Assembly (NCBI GenBank): GCA_034780895.1
Contig: JAUZTB010000017.1
Coordinates: 18,629,968 to 18,693,967 of the forward strand
Reading direction: 5' to 3'
From: Rhynchobatus australiae
Lineage: Eukaryota
Length of the DNA stretch: 64,000 nt
Shown here: in pieces, positions 9,960-64,000 of the stretch
Layout of the letters: each line of letters starts with the position of its first letter
Position numbering within the stretch: position 1 is the stretch's first letter
Notes under the pieces: generated by a model
What the model saw: only the letters and a program-made list of their open reading frames with translations
Databases searched by the model: none
What the model was told of the DNA's origin: nothing
Program-made: the position numbers and the translations under genes

Positions 9960-12900
9960 GCTGTATGACTGATAGCTAAAGCCTCGATTTATTGTTTCTA
10001 CTGGTGGCAAAATATGGTTCACGCAGAAGCTGACATTTATAGTGGGCTTGGAATATTTTATTGTCTCTCAAATAATCAGCATCAACATTGTGTTGGTCAA
10101 CAATTTTACAGGACGTGTCAGGGAAATAGTAACATTTAAATTAAGAGGGGATGTCCTTTGGCATTTAAAGGAAAATTAAACTAAGTTTTGGTTATATTTT
10201 CTTTTGCTTAATAATGTGTCCAGCAGTATTTAAGAACAAACAGCATAATATAGAAGCAAATCTTTCATATAGACAAATCATTTATAGCCTTAACTAGGCT
10301 TTTAGCTATTTGAAAAACTGTAACAACAAAATAGAACTTTTTTGTAAAAAAAATCAATAAATTAGNNNNNNNNNNNNNNNNNNNNNNNNNNNNNNNNNNN
10401 NNNNNNNNNNNNNNNNNNNNNNNNNNNNNNNNNNNNNNNNNNNNNNNNNNNNNNNNNNNNNNNNNNNNNNNNNNNNNNNNNNNNNNNNNNNNNNNNNNNN
10501 NNNNNNNNNNNNNNNNNNNNNNNNNNNNNNNNNNNNNNNNNNNNNNNNNNNNNNNNNNNNNNNNNNNNNNNNNNNNNNNNNNNNNNNNNNNNNNNNNNNN
10601 NNNNNNNNNNNNNNNNNNNNNNNNNNNNNNNNNNNNNNNNNNNNNNNNNNNNNNNNNNNNNNNNNNNNNNNNNNNNNNNNNNNNNNNNNNNNNNNNNNNN
10701 NNNNNNNNNNNNNNNNNNNNNNNNNNNNNNNNNNNNNNNNNNNNNNNNNNNNNNNNNNNNNNNNNNNNNNNNNNNNNNNNNNNNNNNNNNNNNNNNNNNN
10801 NNNNNNNNNNNNNNNNNNNNNNNNNNNNNNNNNNNNNNNNNNNNNNNNNNNNNNNNNNNNNNNNNNNNNNNNNNNNNNNNNNNNNNNNNNNNNNNNNNNN
10901 NNNNNNNNNNNNNNNNNNNNNNNNNNNNNNNNNNNNNNNNNNNNNNNNNNNNNNNNNNNNNNNNNNNNNNNNNNNNNNNNNNNNNNNNNNNNNNNNNNNN
11001 NNNNNNNNNNNNNNNNNNNNNNNNNNNNNNNNNNNNNNNNNNNNNNNNNNNNNNNNNNNNNNNNNNNNNNNNNNNNNNNNNNNNNNNNNNNNNNNNNNNN
11101 NNNNNNNNNNNNNNNNNNNNNNNNNNNNNNNNNNNNNNCATTCTTATTTCAGGAAGATGTTATTTTACTACAAGATAGTAAGATCAGAAATGAATTTTTT
11201 TGATATTATGATAAGAGTTTGAATAGGATATGTTGCAACTTAGGCCCTAGCACACAGAGAAAGGTATGTTTAGTCTTCTGAGGTCACATAAACTGTGTTC
11301 TGTATAACCTGGCAAAGACCTGTAAAGATATCCTCACTTCACTGGTCATTTTGGCACTGACAGGAAAGCTCACTGCTGGAGGTAATAAAAATGAGAATGC
11401 ACTTCTGACATGATAAAACCAGTGTATGGGAAATTATAACACTGAAAATCAAAGAAAAAAATTGTTCAGGGCACTGAAATGATCCCTTAACATTCATGCA
11501 TATTATACTGCACCTTATTTCATGGAAACACAGTATGAAGATAATTGGCTAACCAGAGCACAATCATGTTCAAAAATATAAGATTAAACTACTGCAAAAT
11601 AATGCCAAAGCAATATCAGCATCAGAAACTAGTCTCACCTGACAGAAAATTTAGACAATTTTAATTTCACAACTAAACACTTATGTCCAGCAGCCATTGA
11701 AATTACTACTTGTAGAGTTTCAGATGGAGTATTAGGCACCGTTTCAGTTAACAAATAGTTAAATTCTTCTGATCACGTGGGTTGGGCAAGCTGGTATCAC
11801 ATCTTCAAAACCAAACCCACATTAACTTTCCATTAACATTCTACATTTTGAGGCATATATAATAGAAATTAATGACTTTGGTGAAAGTTAGATCATCTAT
11901 ATCTATAGAAGGTACTTTGCATGATTAAGTTTACAATCATTTTCTTTTAATTGTGTGGAAAATGTTAATAATTTGTAGCAAATTTACATACTTCTACAGG
12001 GCAGCTTGCAATTGTTGGAAATGAAATATGAACCTTTTTGAGATTAACCTTATCTAATGTGTCTAACAGAATAAGAGCAGGAAGGGACTTCTAGCTCTTT
12101 CAACTCTGTCATAACCCTTAACCCACTTATTACGACCATGGTCCCTTCTAATGCAGCACTGAATCCTGCCAGACCCATTGCCTGCAGAGCAGAGGACTGA
12201 AGCCTGGGGAAGAATCTTGACAGTGCTGCAGCAGGCCATTTATTGCAGCATTCCAGAAGGGGACTGATCAAGCAAGAGAACAGAATAGTTGGGATGAAAG
12301 GAAGATATTCATGAAGTCTTTGGAACAGGAATAGAATCTGAAGGAAGTTTTAGTGGGCCTTCCTCCTCCACTGAAGAATTTTGGCAATTTGCTGTCAATC
12401 CCTCAGGCCTACCACACAAAGATCCCTGGGGAAGGAGGAGAAAGTTAGAGGAAAAAGTGAGTATGGAATCTCACCTGTTCAAATACTCACTCCAGCCAAT
12501 TCACACCCCTACCCCACATAGTATTATGTGAGTGGACAAAGAAAGGGCTGATGAAAAGATCAGATTACACTCAAGAAAGGATGAGGCAGTCAGTCATTCT
12601 GGCCATATTTGTAACCCCCCCCACTCCCATCTTATGTTATCAAGGCTGAGGAAAATCAAGCCATTGTGTCCCAAATCATGCCGTCGCAATAATTTTCTTG
12701 ATGGATCACTACATTTTGCCCATCAGCAAACACTGAATTGTAGTAGATGGCCAGATTTGAGAGCATCAATATGACACATTCTCTCTGTGCAAAACCTTAA
12801 GTGAAAATCTACTTGCTGCTTTATATCATAGGTTTTTTTGTTCTGGATAAACACCCATACTTAGACAGGACTTTTATAATACCCAGTCCAACACACTTTA

Positions 12901-13587
12901 ATTTTCTGTCCATTTCCCATCTAGCAAAAGCCAGACATAATACAAGAAATTCAAAGATTAATTGTTTTAATTGTTACTAAACACCAGTTAAATAAATTAT
13001 TCCCTGAAAAAGAAACTTAGTGTCTTGAAAATGTTGCATAACTGAAGTGCTAGGAATTGCTGCAGAAACAGTTTTCAAGCGCATTTAGTTATTTAACAAA
13101 AATTGCTTTCATTTTCTGGTTGCAAATAGAATCACCTTTTTATCCATACAAAAAATAGTTCACTGTAAATATATATATATAATAATATATATATATAAAA
13201 TATATTTATACATATTTGGGTATATTTACAAATATAGCCAGCACTCTGAAGTTTCATGCTGGATAACTTTTCCAATATTACAAAATTAACAATATAGGCA
13301 GAACTTCCTACTTCGAGTCTTGCCCAAAGTCCAACCAGTCAGCTTTTGATGGAACATAAATTGGCCAGGTCACCAAAAACAAAATTTTGCTCATAATACT
13401 TAATCTGTCTTCTTTGCAACAAAATATATACAGCTGAACATTTCTTCATGAACAGCCTACTGCAATCTTTGCTTTCATTATAACCATGTCCAACCAACAT
13501 TCTATTCTGGTGCCCAAGTTTCTTGAAGATATGTAAAACAGGGAAGACGATGTTTAAATTCAGTTTTGTAACAACTGGCTCTTTCGT
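9960..13587 (-). other. FGFR2: Putative FGFR2 3' UTR (distal end uncertain; contains an N gap at 10366-11138)
   Basis: Repeat-poor AT-rich sequence follows the stop codon. Minus-strand AATAAA occurs at 10057-10062 and 9988-9993, the latter followed by GU-rich CTGTTGTGTTTTG. Confidence 0.45.
9988..9993 (-). promoter_or_regulatory. Candidate distal polyadenylation signal
   Basis: AATAAA with a downstream GU-rich tract; a second AATAAA lies ~70 nt upstream. Confidence 0.4.
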
Positions 13588-62099
<48,512 letters not shown>

Positions 62100-63466
62100 C
62101 TGTTTCAAATAAACACCAATATCATTTTAATACTATTCAATTCAAATCTTCCTGTAGCAAGTAAAACATCATTCAATTAAGGTAGGGATGGGGAGCGGAA
62201 GAGGGAGAAAGGGAACCAAGTAGATCTATAAAAAGAGTCCAATATTGGCAAACACTGTAAGACTAAGGGCAAAACAAGGAATTATAAACACCTTCAGTTG
62301 CAGATATCAAAAGTGTCTGCTGTACCTCAGTCATCTGACCTTTTACTGGTTAAAAGTAGAGTTTGGAAAAAAAAGGCCATGTCTAGGCCACTAGCTTGCG
62401 TGAACAAGGAGGAGCATGAATACCTTGATATAAAAACAGGTCCACTGATTGGTTACTGAAAACTTGAAGTAACTGATTCTACTACGTATGACATGCTTTG
62501 TACATCTGTAGTTGGGAGCATGGTTTGACTGGTTCGGCCAGGAGTGCCAAGTAGCCATTTAAAGGCCTGTTTGGAAACTAAATCAGGTAGGAAAATGATC
62601 TCTGCCAGATTTTCCTGGTTGTCTGTTCTCCTAGTTTTCCCTCCCCTTAACCCACAAAATGTGTCAAAAGCAGCATGCTATGACTTCGGAGTTGGGATGT
62701 TAAAATTTTGTCTGAAAATCAAATTATAAAACTAAAATAGCTGAGTTCCCAATTCTAACTTGTAATTATAATTAGCATTTTGCAATAAAAAATGATGCAG
62801 TGGAGCCAAAGAAAATTAACAGACGTAGTAGTTGGATGTAAACTATGGCCATTTTCCCCTCTCTTAGAAGGGAAACAACAGCTTGTTGCTTGTTTCATGT
62901 TTTGATTTTCCTTCCACATTCGTAGAAATAAAGGGCCGATTAAAAACAAATACTTCAGGTCTTACTAGAAGCAGTAAACCTCATGGTATAGAACTTCTTT
63001 TGGAAGACACTATTTTCCATTGATGTGCACATTTCAAGCTGTTTGGAGTGAGATTCTAGAGATGTGCCAGACTACACAAGATTCAGAGTAATGAAGAAAG
63101 CATTCAAAATACAGACATGGAAACTGGCTTCAAATTCAATACCTCTAAGCATACAAATGAATGAACTCCAATACTAGAAGACTGCACCCAGCTAGATATC
63201 TGTAAAAATAATTCAAGTCACAGTTTACTTTTTAAGCACTCTGTAACTTTATGGGCTCTAGTGATCCTTTTAGTCACAGAATGTACATTGCACAATCAAT
63301 TAATACATTTTATTCAAGAATGGAAGTGGAACCTGCCACCTACAACCCCNNNNNNNNNNNNNNNNNNNNNNNNNNNNNNNNNNNNNNNNNNNNNNNNNNN
63401 NNNNNNNNNNNNNNNNNNNNNNNNNNNNNNNNNNNNNNNNNNNNNNNNNCCAGACAAAACCTCCCC

Positions 63467-63524
63467 AATTGTTGTTCATTTGTAAAACTCTATTAAATTG
63501 TTGTTCATTTGTAAAACTCTATTA
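63467..63524 (+). repeat. Perfect 29-bp tandem duplication
   Basis: aattgttgttcatttgtaaaactctatta x2. Confidence 0.9.
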
Positions 63525-64000
63525 GGCAGAATCAAAAGAGATTTCAAATATGTCCTTACTCTAATAAATGGAAAATCTAGTTTGTTTGCACATTTGTTTT
63601 AATTTATGTGAAATTCCATTTCTAACTGCAACCTAAACTTCCTGAAATAAATCAAACTAATGTGGAATTAAAAAAAATAATTGGCTTAAACTTGACCTTA
63701 TTCCATTTCCTTTTTGGACCTCTTCCTATACTCCCTTACAATAATGAAGGCTTCTATTCTACAGTATTTTCATCATTGGCAATGAATTCAGGCTAGGCAG
63801 TCATTAATGGCCCAAAATTTGACATTTTCTGATTTATATTTTTTGTGGCTTTTGTTCTACTCTGAGGAAACTCAGCAAAAGGCTTATATGCACAGCAATA
63901 ATGCACATCGAAATTACAGATATTTGTCATGAAGAAATATAAATAGCAGCTTCTCCTTTATATTTTTATAATGGTTTGAAGCATAGAAAATCTGACAAAT

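Noticed and set aside
10362-11141. 259-aa ORF and other X-rich ORFs in the track
   Set aside because: Artefacts of translating N gaps
63467-63524. 29-bp tandem duplication as a functional element
   Set aside because: Intronic, gap-adjacent, no supporting structure; may be an assembly artefact

Overview
Eukaryotic, AT-rich, gapped draft vertebrate sequence. The CR1-LINE, V-SINE, DeuSINE and Penelope-like repeat content suggests a cartilaginous fish (inference). Most of the window is the 3' part of an FGFR2 gene on the minus strand. I mapped 15 coding exons from IgII (62099) to the stop (13588). All have AG/GT boundaries, compatible phases and lengths equal or very close to the mammalian FGFR2 exons, including the mutually exclusive IIIb and IIIc exons. 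The 5' exons (signal peptide, IgI, acid box) lie beyond base 64000. Notable points: (1) an isolated plus-strand 109-bp exon resembling TM4-ECL2 of an ADGRG-type adhesion GPCR, bracketed by ~60-bp direct repeats, downstream of FGFR2; (2) the non-canonical GA 5' splice site that adds the VT dipeptide is conserved; (3) an IAS2/ISAR-type long-range RNA stem plus RBFOX and ESRP-type motifs lie between IIIb and IIIc, while the mammalian S10 silencer and U-rich IAS1 enhancer appear absent; (4) the kinase hinge reads EFTAK, which is unusual. No prokaryotic-type system, CRISPR array or rRNA was seen. Repeat boundaries are approximate and family names come from recognition, not from a search.
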